Positions 1 to 9,986 of a stretch of DNA of 52,115 bases are shown piece after piece. The stretch spans positions 1 through 52,115 of the IMG/VR virus record IMGVR_UViG_3300034175_000039. One strand, 5' to 3'. The notes under the pieces were generated by a model. That model had not been told where the DNA came from and ran no database searches. It saw only the letters and a program-made list of their open reading frames with translations. Each line of letters begins with the position of its first letter. Within the stretch, counting starts at the first letter, position 1. Source of the stretch: a virus (Duplodnaviria > Caudoviricetes). The position numbers and the translations under genes are program-made.

Positions 1-2655
1 ATGTCGAATGTGTTAGATCGCAACGGGCGTTCAGCGAACACCACAGCCGCCGCACAAGGCGTCCTGTCCACAGCGGCGAGTAAAGTGAGCGTGACGTTCA
101 ATGGCGTCACTACGTCGGCTAGCGGCGCTGCTACGGCCACGCAAGGGGTCGCTAATGCTTCGACCGCCGCGACGGGGGCGATTACTGCAACGGGCACCGC
201 CGCCGCGTCCACCGGTAGCAAATTGCAACAGTTGGACGCGCATATGGTCGCGTACCGGGCTAATCTTCGCCAAATGAAGATCGATGCGATGCAAGCCGCC
301 GCTGGCGGTCAACAGTTGGACGCGCATATGGTCGCATATCGTGACCATATGGCTAAAGCATCACAGCAAACATTACTTGTCGGTCAATCAATGAAATTCA
401 GTGCGCGCGATGGCTTGAACTTCTCGCGTCAAATGTCGGACATTGGCGTTACCGCTGCGATGGGCATGAACCCGTTCATGATCGCGCTTCAACAAGGTCC
501 GCAACTATTCGATATTATACAGGAAAAAGCGATTGCGACCGGCACGACCGTTGGTGCTGTGTTTCGTGCCGCTGGCGCTACTATTTGGGCGGCTTTGCTG
601 CCAATCATGCCGCTCATACTCGCAATTGTTGGCGCGGTGGCGTTGGTTGCTGCCGGGTTTGGTCTTGCCACTCGCGAAATCAGCAAAGGCAATGAAGATA
701 TTTCCAAAGGTCTTGGTTTGACCGAAAAGCAATTGGAGCGCGTAAAAAAAGCGGGTGTTGATACCGGCGTCACCATCGGTGACACGTTTACGGCTTTCTT
801 CGAAATCATCGGTGAACGACTTGTTAGCGCGTTCGATGGCCCGTTGAAATGGTTGAAAGAAGCGTGGAATGACGCCATGGATTTCATTGTCGTTTATGGG
901 ACCATGGCAATCAAAGGTGTCATCGGTGGTTTTGTTGGCGGCTTTTATGCAATCAAGGCTGTGTGGTCCCTGCTACCGGCTGCTATCGGTGATCTTTCAT
1001 ACGCGGCTGCCAACAAGGCGATTTCTGCTGTCGATTGGTTGATCAACAAATCTATCGACGGTTTGAACAAGTTAATCAGTTACGCCAATATGGCGGCGCA
1101 GAAAGTCGGTTTAGACGGCATCGGTACGATTGGTAACGTGTCGCTTGGTCAGACTAAGAACCCGTATGCCGGGGCGGCGGAAGATGCTGGCAACGCCATA
1201 GCGGCGGGTTTCGACAAAGGTAAGAAGGCGAGCGACGGCGCTGTTGATCGTTTCTTTTCCGATGTTGGTAAGCGCGCTCGTAAAAACCGTGGCAAGCTGA
1301 TCCTTGAAGCCGCTGGCGATCCCGAAAAGGGTCCGCGCGAAAAGAAACCACGTAAGCCGCCCAAGGGTCCAAAGAGCGACGCGGCGAAGTTTGAAGATAT
1401 CGTAACCGGTGCGCAAAACGATATTGCTACGCAAGTGGCGCGCGGCGAAGCGATCAAGCTGTCAGCGGAAGCCGCCGCGACATTGGAGCAAAAGACCAAG
1501 CTGTTGAACGAAGCGCAGTCCAAAGGGATTACGTTGACCGCTTCGATGAAATCCAAGATCGATGAACTTGCCGGGGCATACGGCAAGGCAAAGGTCGCGG
1601 CGGACAATGCAATTGCGCTACATGATATCCTTAAAGCTGCCGACGCTGACATTGCTTCGCTCAAGTCGCAAGCGGAGTTAATCGGCCTTGTCGGTCGTCA
1701 ACTTGCATATCAAACCGAAATGCAAAAGCTGTTGAATGATGCGAAAGCAAAGGGTTTGACGGTGGACGCGGCAATGCGTGCGCAGTTTGAAGGTAAGGCG
1801 AGTGAGTACGCGGACCAATCGCAAGCCAACGCTAATGCTACGTTTATGGACGGTGTGACGAAGGGCGCAGCCGAACGCATGACCGTTCTTAAACAAGAGC
1901 AAGCGCAAATCGGTCTAAGTGCGGACGAAGTGAACCGCTTGCGCATCGAAAACGAATTATTGGCGCAGGCACGTCAACGGAACATCGATCTTACGCCCGC
2001 CGATATTGCCGCCATCGGTGAAATCGCGAAAGAGCAAGCCGAAGTCGAAGCGGGCATTCGCAAGACCCGCGAAGCCCTAGACTTCGCAAAAGATACGGCG
2101 CGTGGTTTCTTCAAGGATATCACCGATGGTTTGCGCAACGGTAAATCGCTATGGGAAAGCTTTGCACAAGCGGCGGTCAACGCACTGAATAAGATCATCG
2201 ACCGGTTGATTGATAAAGCTATTACGCTTGCGATTGACGCTATCTTCACTGCGCTTGGCGGTGGCGGCGGTTTCGCCAAAGGCGGTATCTTCGGTGATGG
2301 TGGTGTGACGGCATTTGCGAAAGGTGGAACGTTCACCAATAGTATTGTGGACCGACCAACCATGTTCGCCAGTGGCGGCGCGCTCGGCGTGATGGGCGAA
2401 GCCGGACCGGAAGCGATTATGCCTTTAAAGCGTGGCGGGGACGGCGCGTTAGGTGTTCAGATGCACGGTGCCAAAGCGGGCACGGTCATTCACGCTCCCG
2501 TGATGATCCACAACGACAACCGGGTAAGCGGTGCCGTTAGTAGTGCCGATATTGTTGCGCTTCAACGTAAGTCGGCTGAACAAACGAAACAGCAAATCGC
2601 ACGCGATATTCCTGCTATCATTCGTCAGTTCCAGACAGACGGGGCTATCATATGA
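1..2655 (+). CDS. Tail tape measure protein, C-terminal 884 aa; the gene starts at 51898 and crosses the circular junction (about 951 aa total)
   Basis: Long Ala-rich helical ORF with a lambda-TMP-like segment (QMSDIGVTAAMGMNPFMIALQQGPQ) and a C-terminal FAKGG...GVMGEAGPEAIMPL motif. It follows the tail chaperones and precedes the tail-tip genes. Confidence 0.93.
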   Translation: MSNVLDRNGRSANTTAAAQGVLSTAASKVSVTFNGVTTSASGAATATQGVANASTAATGAITATGTAAASTGSKLQQLDAHMVAYRANLRQMKIDAMQAAAGGQQLDAHMVAYRDHMAKASQQTLLVGQSMKFSARDGLNFSRQMSDIGVTAAMGMNPFMIALQQGPQLFDIIQEKAIATGTTVGAVFRAAGATIWAALLPIMPLILAIVGAVALVAAGFGLATREISKGNEDISKGLGLTEKQLERVKKAGVDTGVTIGDTFTAFFEIIGERLVSAFDGPLKWLKEAWNDAMDFIVVYGTMAIKGVIGGFVGGFYAIKAVWSLLPAAIGDLSYAAANKAISAVDWLINKSIDGLNKLISYANMAAQKVGLDGIGTIGNVSLGQTKNPYAGAAEDAGNAIAAGFDKGKKASDGAVDRFFSDVGKRARKNRGKLILEAAGDPEKGPREKKPRKPPKGPKSDAAKFEDIVTGAQNDIATQVARGEAIKLSAEAAATLEQKTKLLNEAQSKGITLTASMKSKIDELAGAYGKAKVAADNAIALHDILKAADADIASLKSQAELIGLVGRQLAYQTEMQKLLNDAKAKGLTVDAAMRAQFEGKASEYADQSQANANATFMDGVTKGAAERMTVLKQEQAQIGLSADEVNRLRIENELLAQARQRNIDLTPADIAAIGEIAKEQAEVEAGIRKTREALDFAKDTARGFFKDITDGLRNGKSLWESFAQAAVNALNKIIDRLIDKAITLAIDAIFTALGGGGGFAKGGIFGDGGVTAFAKGGTFTNSIVDRPTMFASGGALGVMGEAGPEAIMPLKRGGDGALGVQMHGAKAGTVIHAPVMIHNDNRVSGAVSSADIVALQRKSAEQTKQQIARDIPAIIRQFQTDGAII
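226..341 (+). repeat. Internal duplication in the tape measure gene (QQLDAHMVAYR twice)
   Basis: CAACAGTTGGACGCGCATATGGTCGC is identical at 226-251 and 310-335, 84 nt apart. Confidence 0.9.
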
Positions 2656-3335
2656 TTAATCACAAGGTTTGGTCGTTCCCAACCTTCCCTATTAGCAAAC
2701 AACTGTTTGTCGCGTCCGGGCAAGCTTTTGATGGTGGTATGACGGTTGGTGGTATTCATATGCTATCGCCGGAACCCGGTGGTCGATCCATGCTCGAAAT
2801 TCAGCCATCGTTGCAAGTTAGCGAATGGGAATTTCCGCTGTCGTCATGGCTTATGTCAAAAATAAATGGTGACATTTTCCGCGTCCGTTTGGCCCCGACG
2901 CCGCAAGTCGCGAGCAAGCGTAGCGGTGGCGCACCGTGGGCGGAAGGCGGTATTTATCCAGAAAGTCCGTGGAGCAATCAACAGAATTGGTCCGGTGACG
3001 ACGTAGCGTTGTATAAAAGTGTTTCGTTGGAGGGAACCAACGTGGCCTATGTCGATATGTCTGCCTTAGGACAAATCTTACAATGCGGTCATGTAATCGG
3101 TCATGGTGACAACTGTTATAAGATTGACGAAGTATCCTATGACGCGTTTAACGTCGCTACGATCACCGTCAAACCGCCGTTTCGCAAATCCATTGCAGTT
3201 GGCGATATTGCACTATTACGTCCATTCTTTCTTGGTTCAATCGTCAACGGCGAAGAAATGCGTGCGACGTATGACGCCGAAAACGTCGGTCATATTCAAA
3301 TCGGCCGCATTCGGTTAAACGAAGTAATTCTATAA
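2652..3335 (+). CDS. Distal tail (Dit-like) protein
   Basis: Immediately after the TMP with an ATGA overlap; size 227 aa; Trp-spaced loop PWSNQQNWSGD. Assignment is mainly syntenic. Confidence 0.6.
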   Translation: MINHKVWSFPTFPISKQLFVASGQAFDGGMTVGGIHMLSPEPGGRSMLEIQPSLQVSEWEFPLSSWLMSKINGDIFRVRLAPTPQVASKRSGGAPWAEGGIYPESPWSNQQNWSGDDVALYKSVSLEGTNVAYVDMSALGQILQCGHVIGHGDNCYKIDEVSYDAFNVATITVKPPFRKSIAVGDIALLRPFFLGSIVNGEEMRATYDAENVGHIQIGRIRLNEVIL

Positions 3336-3991
3336 TGGATTTCTATTCGACCCTTAACGACTATCTTGGTGAACAAGATGACGTTATGGACATACGTGCC
3401 GTTGTACGTCGTTGCTGGTTCTACGACTTCAATGGTGAACCGGTCCGCCTTTGGCAAGGCCAAGGCAAGTTGTTCACGTCCGATGGAAACACGTGGTTAG
3501 GCACGATTGATGCGAACGGAACAGATTATCATAAAACACCGGCTATGCAGGATGGCCGCGATGGAACAAGCCCGTCATACCGTATGTCGATTCCTATTGT
3601 TGATATTCCCGGTCAGTCGGCGTTTCAGCTATACGAAGAGTTGAAAGCCGACCAATGGCGCGTCACCGGGCGTCGCATCGTTTGTTATCTGGCGATCTTC
3701 AACCAAGGCGAAGCTTTGCGCCCCGCGACGCCGTTATCATTCTTCAAAGAATTCACGATGTTTTCACCACAGTTTTCCGAAAAGGTGGAAGCTAACAGCG
3801 CGGGCACGTTGGTCAAATCGTATCAAGTCAGTGTCAGTGCTAAAGATAACAATTTCGGTCGCTCCAATACACCGCGTGGAACGTACGCAGACACGATCCA
3901 AAAAGAACGCGCCCGGCAACTAGGTGTGACGCTTGATCGTGGCGCGGAATTCCTTGGTTTGCTCGCAAACCGCACGTATCAAATTCCATGA
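3335..3991 (+). CDS. Minor tail / tail-hub protein
   Basis: Synteny; VRLWQGQGKL...GNTWLG and C-terminal DRGAEFL motifs resemble siphophage hub proteins. Confidence 0.6.
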   Translation: MDFYSTLNDYLGEQDDVMDIRAVVRRCWFYDFNGEPVRLWQGQGKLFTSDGNTWLGTIDANGTDYHKTPAMQDGRDGTSPSYRMSIPIVDIPGQSAFQLYEELKADQWRVTGRRIVCYLAIFNQGEALRPATPLSFFKEFTMFSPQFSEKVEANSAGTLVKSYQVSVSAKDNNFGRSNTPRGTYADTIQKERARQLGVTLDRGAEFLGLLANRTYQIP

Positions 3992-4374
3992 CCGACCATA
4001 TTGACGCGTTGTTGAAAATCTGGCGGTCCGTACCGTTCGTTTACGGCGATACGGATTGTATGCTTTCCATAGGCGATTATCTGGCGTCACGCGGCGCTGT
4101 GGACGTGACAGCGCGGTTCCGGGGCACCTACGCCGACGAAGCGGGCGCGCTGGCCCACGTGGCGCTCTGTGGCGGCGTCAGCGGCCTTATCGACATGACC
4201 GGGGTGGAACGGACCGACCGACCGGCGCGCGGCGACGTTGTGTGCTTTGATACGGGTCATGTCGAAGTGGGCGCGCTATGTACCGGACGCGGGATCGCAG
4301 CGCGCTTAGAACGTGGCGTGATCGAAGTTGATATACGATTGGTCAAGGTCGTTCAAAGCTGGAAAGTTCCATAA
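3988..4374 (+). CDS. NlpC/P60-like tail assembly protein
   Basis: PFVYGDTDC...RGDVV motifs; typical position before the central tail-tip gene. Confidence 0.7.
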   Translation: MTDHIDALLKIWRSVPFVYGDTDCMLSIGDYLASRGAVDVTARFRGTYADEAGALAHVALCGGVSGLIDMTGVERTDRPARGDVVCFDTGHVEVGALCTGRGIAARLERGVIEVDIRLVKVVQSWKVP

Positions 4375-6479
4375 TGTCCGCTGTAACCAAAATCGTTACC
4401 GGTATCGTTATTGTGGTTGCCGCAATTGTTGCAGCACCGTTCACAGGCGGCGCGTCGCTTTATCTTATACCGGTTGGCTTGTCCTTGGTCACACAAGGCA
4501 TAATGCAGATTATCCAAGGCAACAGAGGAACCAACACCGAAGCCGGTAAAGTTAACGTGCGCGTTGCTGAACCGATACGTTGGTTGAACGCTGGCATTGC
4601 ACGACAAGGCGGCGGCGTCCTATTTGCTGAATTCGATAGTGTCGGCAATCTTTGGTATTTGATCGTTCACAGTGACAGCCAATTGAAGCAACGAACAAAA
4701 GTGTTCTTGGACGATATTGAAGTTACACTAGACGGTTCTGGTAACGTTTTAACGAATGATTTCTGTTTGACGAGCAAAAACGAACCATACACGGGGAGCG
4801 GCACCCGCGTCCCTTATTTCCAGATTTGGACGACCACATACAGCCCGTCCGATCCTTCACCCCCCGGTGTTGCGGCGTTACTCGCGGCGTTTCCCGGCAA
4901 GTGGACTGCCGACCATAGGCTAGTCGGCACAACCTATACGGTGGTGCGCTGCAAGGCTATCAAGATTGATCATCGGTCGAAGGTTTACAGGTGGCGTGGT
5001 GCGCTTGGATTAGGTGAACCGGCAATCACCCTTGTTGGTGAATGGTCGTTGGTTTTTGACCCGCGTGACCCGGCGCAGACCCTCGGCGTCCCTACGACGT
5101 ATAAGTTCAGTCGGAATGCCGCGCTGATTTGGGCATGGTTCCGAACGCATCCCTTCGGACGTAATAAATCCATCAATAGCGTCAATTGGGATCGTATTGC
5201 CGAACAAGCCGATATTTGCGACGAACTCGTCATCGGGATTAGCGGAACGCAACCTCGCTACACATGCACGGCATCTTTTCCCGAAGATCAAGAGCGCGCT
5301 AATTCCGAACAGCAAATTTTGATGGCAATGGATGCACAGCTTGTTTTTGATGGTGATGGTAAATGTTGGTGTCGGGCCGGACGCTATTATTTGCCAACCT
5401 TAACGTTATCTCGCAATCGCGACGTGATTGCGATGGAAAGTTTAGAAGCGAACAACGGCGAAAGCGAAACACAAGGCGTGATCGTTCGGTATCTTGAACC
5501 GGACGCGAAGTATATTCTTCAACCATCGGCCCCGTGGTATAATCCGCTATATTATCAGCCGAACGAAGCGGCACAGTTTCTAACCGTTGATATCGCGACC
5601 GTCGATAATCACAACCAAGCAATGCGTCTAGCTAAGGCAATGGGATTACGCTCGCAACCATTGCACAAGTTAGCGCCGACTACCGGTTTGCGCGGCTTAC
5701 AGGCCCGTCAAGAACGTGTCATTGATCTTGTCTATGATAACACGTTTGCCGGTGATTATGAGATTTATACGCCAGTGGAAGTGAACGACGCAGGCGTATT
5801 TTGCCAATTCGGGCTTGTTCCAATTGATCCCGACCGGTTCGATTTGTTGCTTGGCGAGGAGAAAGCAAAGCCTGTGTTTGATGATGCAACGACAACGGTT
5901 ACACCAGCTTTGCCTAGCGCGGTTATCGTCACGATCAACAATCAAAGGATTGAAGCAACGTTCACGCCACTAGGGCGTGACGATATACGTTACGAATTTG
6001 AGTACACGCCGACGACGGATATTCTATTAGATAAATGGTCCAAGATGACCGTTGATCCGTCCGCCAACTTCGCTTATAGCAACACCATTCCAACGAATTT
6101 GCAATACAGTGTTCGCTGGCGCAGCGTAACGTCATCCGGGCGTCCGTCCGCATGGTCCGTCATTGTGAATGTAACCAATGCAAGTAGTTTCTTGTCATCT
6201 ACCAACTTGACTGTCAATGCAACTGTTGGACAGGCGGCTATAGCATGGCGTAATTCAACTAGCGCGACGTTTGGATACAGTAAGGTTTTTCGTGGTACGA
6301 CCAACGTATTTTCGTCCGCCACTCAAATTGGCACAGCCATTGCGGGCGGGCTTGGTCAATATCAAGGCTTTACTGACACCGGCTTGACGCCCGGTACTTA
6401 TTATTATTGGAACGTTGCCTATACGACCACCGATGTAGCAGCGACGCCGACCGGTCCGGTGCAAGGAATTGTAACATGA
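4374..6479 (+). CDS. Central tail-tip / host-specificity protein with C-terminal FN3-like domains
   Basis: 701 aa; DPRDP...FSRNAAL...WDRIAEQADICDE motifs; FN3-like YSVRWRSVT and FTDTGLTPGTYYYW segments. Confidence 0.8.
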   Translation: MSAVTKIVTGIVIVVAAIVAAPFTGGASLYLIPVGLSLVTQGIMQIIQGNRGTNTEAGKVNVRVAEPIRWLNAGIARQGGGVLFAEFDSVGNLWYLIVHSDSQLKQRTKVFLDDIEVTLDGSGNVLTNDFCLTSKNEPYTGSGTRVPYFQIWTTTYSPSDPSPPGVAALLAAFPGKWTADHRLVGTTYTVVRCKAIKIDHRSKVYRWRGALGLGEPAITLVGEWSLVFDPRDPAQTLGVPTTYKFSRNAALIWAWFRTHPFGRNKSINSVNWDRIAEQADICDELVIGISGTQPRYTCTASFPEDQERANSEQQILMAMDAQLVFDGDGKCWCRAGRYYLPTLTLSRNRDVIAMESLEANNGESETQGVIVRYLEPDAKYILQPSAPWYNPLYYQPNEAAQFLTVDIATVDNHNQAMRLAKAMGLRSQPLHKLAPTTGLRGLQARQERVIDLVYDNTFAGDYEIYTPVEVNDAGVFCQFGLVPIDPDRFDLLLGEEKAKPVFDDATTTVTPALPSAVIVTINNQRIEATFTPLGRDDIRYEFEYTPTTDILLDKWSKMTVDPSANFAYSNTIPTNLQYSVRWRSVTSSGRPSAWSVIVNVTNASSFLSSTNLTVNATVGQAAIAWRNSTSATFGYSKVFRGTTNVFSSATQIGTAIAGGLGQYQGFTDTGLTPGTYYYWNVAYTTTDVAATPTGPVQGIVT

Positions 6480-6901
6480 TCCGTCTGAACAATGTTAGTG
6501 GGGCAGAATACGACCCTGTCACCGAAACAAGCGAACCGTATCAAGCGCCGGACGAACAAACGACCACTGATCAACAAAGCGAGATAGCCGCGTTGCAGGC
6601 TTCGGTTCTTGCGCTCGCGAATAAAATACGCACCGTTACAGACGCGGTTGTTGCTGCAACAATCTCCGATAAAACAATTCTGGCGGATGCGACTACCGCG
6701 CCGATCATTGTTAATCTTCCAGTCGCGGCTAGCACGGTTGGGCAAATTATCACCGTTAAGAAGATCGATGCGACCGCAAACGTTGTCACTCTTGATCCTA
6801 ATGGTGGCGAGTTGCTTGATGGTGGCGCAACAAGAGCAATTTCAACGCAATGGTCTAGCCTCACCATTCAGTGTAACGGAACGGCGTGGTTTATCCTATG
6901 A
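6476..6901 (+). CDS. Minor tail / fibre-associated protein
   Basis: ATG at 6476 overlaps the previous stop; C-terminal beta-rich motif NLPVAA...GQIITVKK...CNGTAWFIL is common in fibre proteins. Confidence 0.6.
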   Translation: MIRLNNVSGAEYDPVTETSEPYQAPDEQTTTDQQSEIAALQASVLALANKIRTVTDAVVAATISDKTILADATTAPIIVNLPVAASTVGQIITVKKIDATANVVTLDPNGGELLDGGATRAISTQWSSLTIQCNGTAWFIL

Positions 6902-7368
6902 CTTATGATCCGGCTTCCTCATCGATTATTGGAACGTATTTGATAGATACGTTGCCCGCTCCAACAGCGTCGATGATTGGAAAATACGCACGTGTCACCG
7001 ATTTGTTCGGTGAAAAAACGGACCTCTTGCTTTGTTCAAATCTCGGAACAAAGTATTATTGGCAACCGGTACGTCCAACGTATGCGAAAGCTGTTGTTGT
7101 GACGACCGCAACACCGAATATACCATTAACGCCGCTTAAGTCGCCTTCGGTTTTGTATATCACAGGAACGCTTGGCGCTGGTCGATCCATGATGCTAAGC
7201 GATATCAATGCATGGCCGGGCGCGTCGTTTGAAATCGCAATGGACGCGACTTTACTTGGAACACTGAACATCGTCGGAACGGGTCTCGGTTCCGGCGTCG
7301 GCGTCCTACTTGGCTCCCGCAAGAGACTGTTCTATACGGCCGAGGGCAAATGGCAGCAATTCACATAG
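6898..7368 (+). CDS. Putative minor tail protein
   Basis: Translationally coupled ORF in the tail module; beta-rich composition. Confidence 0.5.
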   Translation: MTYDPASSSIIGTYLIDTLPAPTASMIGKYARVTDLFGEKTDLLLCSNLGTKYYWQPVRPTYAKAVVVTTATPNIPLTPLKSPSVLYITGTLGAGRSMMLSDINAWPGASFEIAMDATLLGTLNIVGTGLGSGVGVLLGSRKRLFYTAEGKWQQFT

Positions 7369-7381
7369 TGGGAAATTCCAT

Positions 7382-8146
7382 ATGAGCGCAGTCGATACGA
7401 TCCGAAATGCCTTGTATGGTAGTCCACCGACTGCGACGTTTAAACCGTCGCGTGATGGCGTGTTGGCGGCTTTCACCGAATTGCAATTGGTTGTTGACGG
7501 TATCAATGCTGATATTCGACTATACGCAACCAAAGCATTGTTGGACGCTGACACGACGCGAGCGGCGGGCACGCAAGCGCGCGTTTACGCTGATAGTACG
7601 GCGGCAAATAACAAAGTCTATTATTGGTCCGGCTCCGCATGGGTCGTTGATATCAACTATTACAACGGTCTTGCGGCGGTCGTCCAACCTTTAGTTGACC
7701 TTGCCCGTGATTGGGCATCGAAGGTGTCCGGTGCGGTCGATCCAACGAACTATCCCGGCTTGCTTTCCGCTATTCAGTACGCACAGCAAGCGGCGGCAAG
7801 CCAATTGGCAGCATCTAATTCCGCCGCCGCAATCTCCACACAACAAGTCGCGGACGTGTATCGTGCGCTCGGTGTGGTCAGTGGTGCGTATAATGGTGAA
7901 CGCTCTATTCCGTCCGCGTTCACCATTAAACGTTTTTACGGTATTTGCGATACCGGAAGCGCGACGGTTTCAATCTTGAACAGCGGAGCGCCAATCGGTC
8001 CGGCATTCAATGTCAACGCGGCGGGCATTCTAACAACGGGTCTTGCGTTGGCGGTTCCAGCAAATACCGATATTGATTTTGCTGTTTACAACATAATCGG
8101 CACGCCAACTGGAATGTATCTTAAGACGACGGGAAATCTGATATGA
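7382..8146 (+). CDS. Tail fibre / receptor-binding adaptor protein
   Basis: ATG at 7382 after GGGAAA; motif ATKALLDAD...ARVYADSTAANNKVYYWSGSAW resembles fibre N-terminal anchor domains. Confidence 0.6.
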   Translation: MSAVDTIRNALYGSPPTATFKPSRDGVLAAFTELQLVVDGINADIRLYATKALLDADTTRAAGTQARVYADSTAANNKVYYWSGSAWVVDINYYNGLAAVVQPLVDLARDWASKVSGAVDPTNYPGLLSAIQYAQQAAASQLAASNSAAAISTQQVADVYRALGVVSGAYNGERSIPSAFTIKRFYGICDTGSATVSILNSGAPIGPAFNVNAAGILTTGLALAVPANTDIDFAVYNIIGTPTGMYLKTTGNLI

Positions 8147-9816
8147 GCGCCTATTCTGATCGTTCGAATATTTTGTTTCCGCCGTCAATGGCGTTCCTTG
8201 CGACGCCCGGTACAGCAGGTGGTTATTGGGATGCGTTGGATCGCTACAGCATTTATTCTGATAGTACATTGACCACACTTGCGGTGGTTGATGGACCCGT
8301 TGGCGCTATTCGTGATAAATCCGGAAACGGCAATCATCTTATTCAGCCAAACGCTACTCTTCGCCCAACTCTTCGCCTTTGGTCGGACGGTCGAACGTAT
8401 GTCGAATTCGACGGGATCAACGATGCTTTGTACGCATCGTTTGCACAGGTACAGCCGGTGTCTGTTGCCACTTTCCTCCGATTTCCTGATTTTAGCGGTG
8501 TTACGGAAATTATTGCTGATGGTTATTTCAATGCCACGACCGGTTCACCTAATACGCAAAACCTTCTAACTCGCGGTACAACAACCACGCCCCAAACTCC
8601 GACCTCGCGTGCAATAACGCAAGCATCGCCAACGGCAAGTTTGACTAATTTGAACAATAATCCGTCTGGCAACGCATTCACTGCATTTCAGGAATATAAC
8701 GGCGCATCGTCCGGTTCACATGACGATGATAGACCAATGCTTATGGTCAACAGTGGAACTAATGCACCACAAGGTGTGACGCTTGGTCGCCGCGCCGGTT
8801 ATCAAAATTCTGGTGATCTTCACGCTAAGTTTCATTTCTTTGGTCGCGTGCAAATGGGACGTTCGTTTACGACCAAAGAACGTCGTCAAATATTCGCGTT
8901 CAATGAAGCACGCCGACCAACAGACATCACCGAAACGATTTTTACGTGCGGTGATAGCATCATGAACACACCACTTTTCGCCGACAGTGTTCCCGAAAAG
9001 CTTCGTCAACTTTTAGTGACGGCGGGTGTCACGAATAAAGCCATCTTCAATGAAAACGTATCTACCTCGCGTAGTCACAGCGCGTGGGCAAAAGCTGGCG
9101 CAGGGCCAACCACCGTTGCAATCGCGGGCAATTCGCTCCCCGCCGCCGTTACGCCAGTAGCTCTTACTATCGTAACGCCGCTCGACATTGGCGGGCAATC
9201 ACTATCTGGACCGCTGGCGCTGGTATCAAACACGTTTGTTTCGGGAACATTGACCACCAATAATGGTACGGTTGTACCGGGTCAAATGAACGTTGCCGGG
9301 GCAGGCGTTTATAGTTTCACGCGTGATGTCGCTGGAACAACGGCATTGGACGTTTCATCCGGTGCTGTGTTTACAGTAAATCGTCACCGTCGCGCGAAAG
9401 TCAAGCGCATCATCTGTACTGCAACAAACAACACTGCCGACGCGCGGGCGCTTACCGATATCCAAGCATTAGCGGCGCAGGGTGAAGCTTATATTATTGG
9501 TCCAACCATGTCACGAACCGTCGCATCTGGTTCAACTGCATATATTGCAAATCGTACACTGTGTTCAACGCTAGCAACACAATACGGCGTCCGGTTTCTG
9601 GATTATCATGCGTTCGCACGCGATACGGTTAATGCCAACGGCGCATGGATGATGTTAGGTATGACACCGGACGCAAATAATGCAGCCGATATCGCCGCTG
9701 GCATCATGCCGCGATTATTTACGTATGATGATCTGCACCCGAACGCTTTATTTACGGGCGTTACTGCACAGCGTTTGTATAATGATCTTCATGCCGCTCC
9801 GTTTAATTGGTTTTGA
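8143..9816 (+). CDS. Receptor-binding protein: LamG/lectin-like N-terminal domain plus SGNH/GDSL hydrolase domain
   Basis: WDA...DKSGNGNHLIQ...RPTL...FDGIND in the N-terminal half; TCGDSI (block I) and DDLHPN (block V) in the C-terminal half. Confidence 0.75.
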   Translation: MSAYSDRSNILFPPSMAFLATPGTAGGYWDALDRYSIYSDSTLTTLAVVDGPVGAIRDKSGNGNHLIQPNATLRPTLRLWSDGRTYVEFDGINDALYASFAQVQPVSVATFLRFPDFSGVTEIIADGYFNATTGSPNTQNLLTRGTTTTPQTPTSRAITQASPTASLTNLNNNPSGNAFTAFQEYNGASSGSHDDDRPMLMVNSGTNAPQGVTLGRRAGYQNSGDLHAKFHFFGRVQMGRSFTTKERRQIFAFNEARRPTDITETIFTCGDSIMNTPLFADSVPEKLRQLLVTAGVTNKAIFNENVSTSRSHSAWAKAGAGPTTVAIAGNSLPAAVTPVALTIVTPLDIGGQSLSGPLALVSNTFVSGTLTTNNGTVVPGQMNVAGAGVYSFTRDVAGTTALDVSSGAVFTVNRHRRAKVKRIICTATNNTADARALTDIQALAAQGEAYIIGPTMSRTVASGSTAYIANRTLCSTLATQYGVRFLDYHAFARDTVNANGAWMMLGMTPDANNAADIAAGIMPRLFTYDDLHPNALFTGVTAQRLYNDLHAAPFNWF

Positions 9817-9836
9817 TCTATAGAAGGAATTAATTG

Positions 9837-9986
9837 ATGACTAAAAAAGAGAAACAAGAGCAAGCGAAAATCGACGCTTTAACCGAGCAAGCACCGCTGA
9901 CCGAAGACCGCGCATTGATAGAAATGTTATTTTTAAACGATCAAAGCGGCGGGGTCAAAACCCTCAAGGTGAAAAACCATGACTGA
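9837..9986 (+). CDS. Hypothetical 49-aa protein (below the ORF-track cutoff)
   Basis: GAAGGA RBS; MTKKEKQEQAKIDAL...; overlaps the endolysin start. Confidence 0.5.
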   Translation: MTKKEKQEQAKIDALTEQAPLTEDRALIEMLFLNDQSGGVKTLKVKNHD

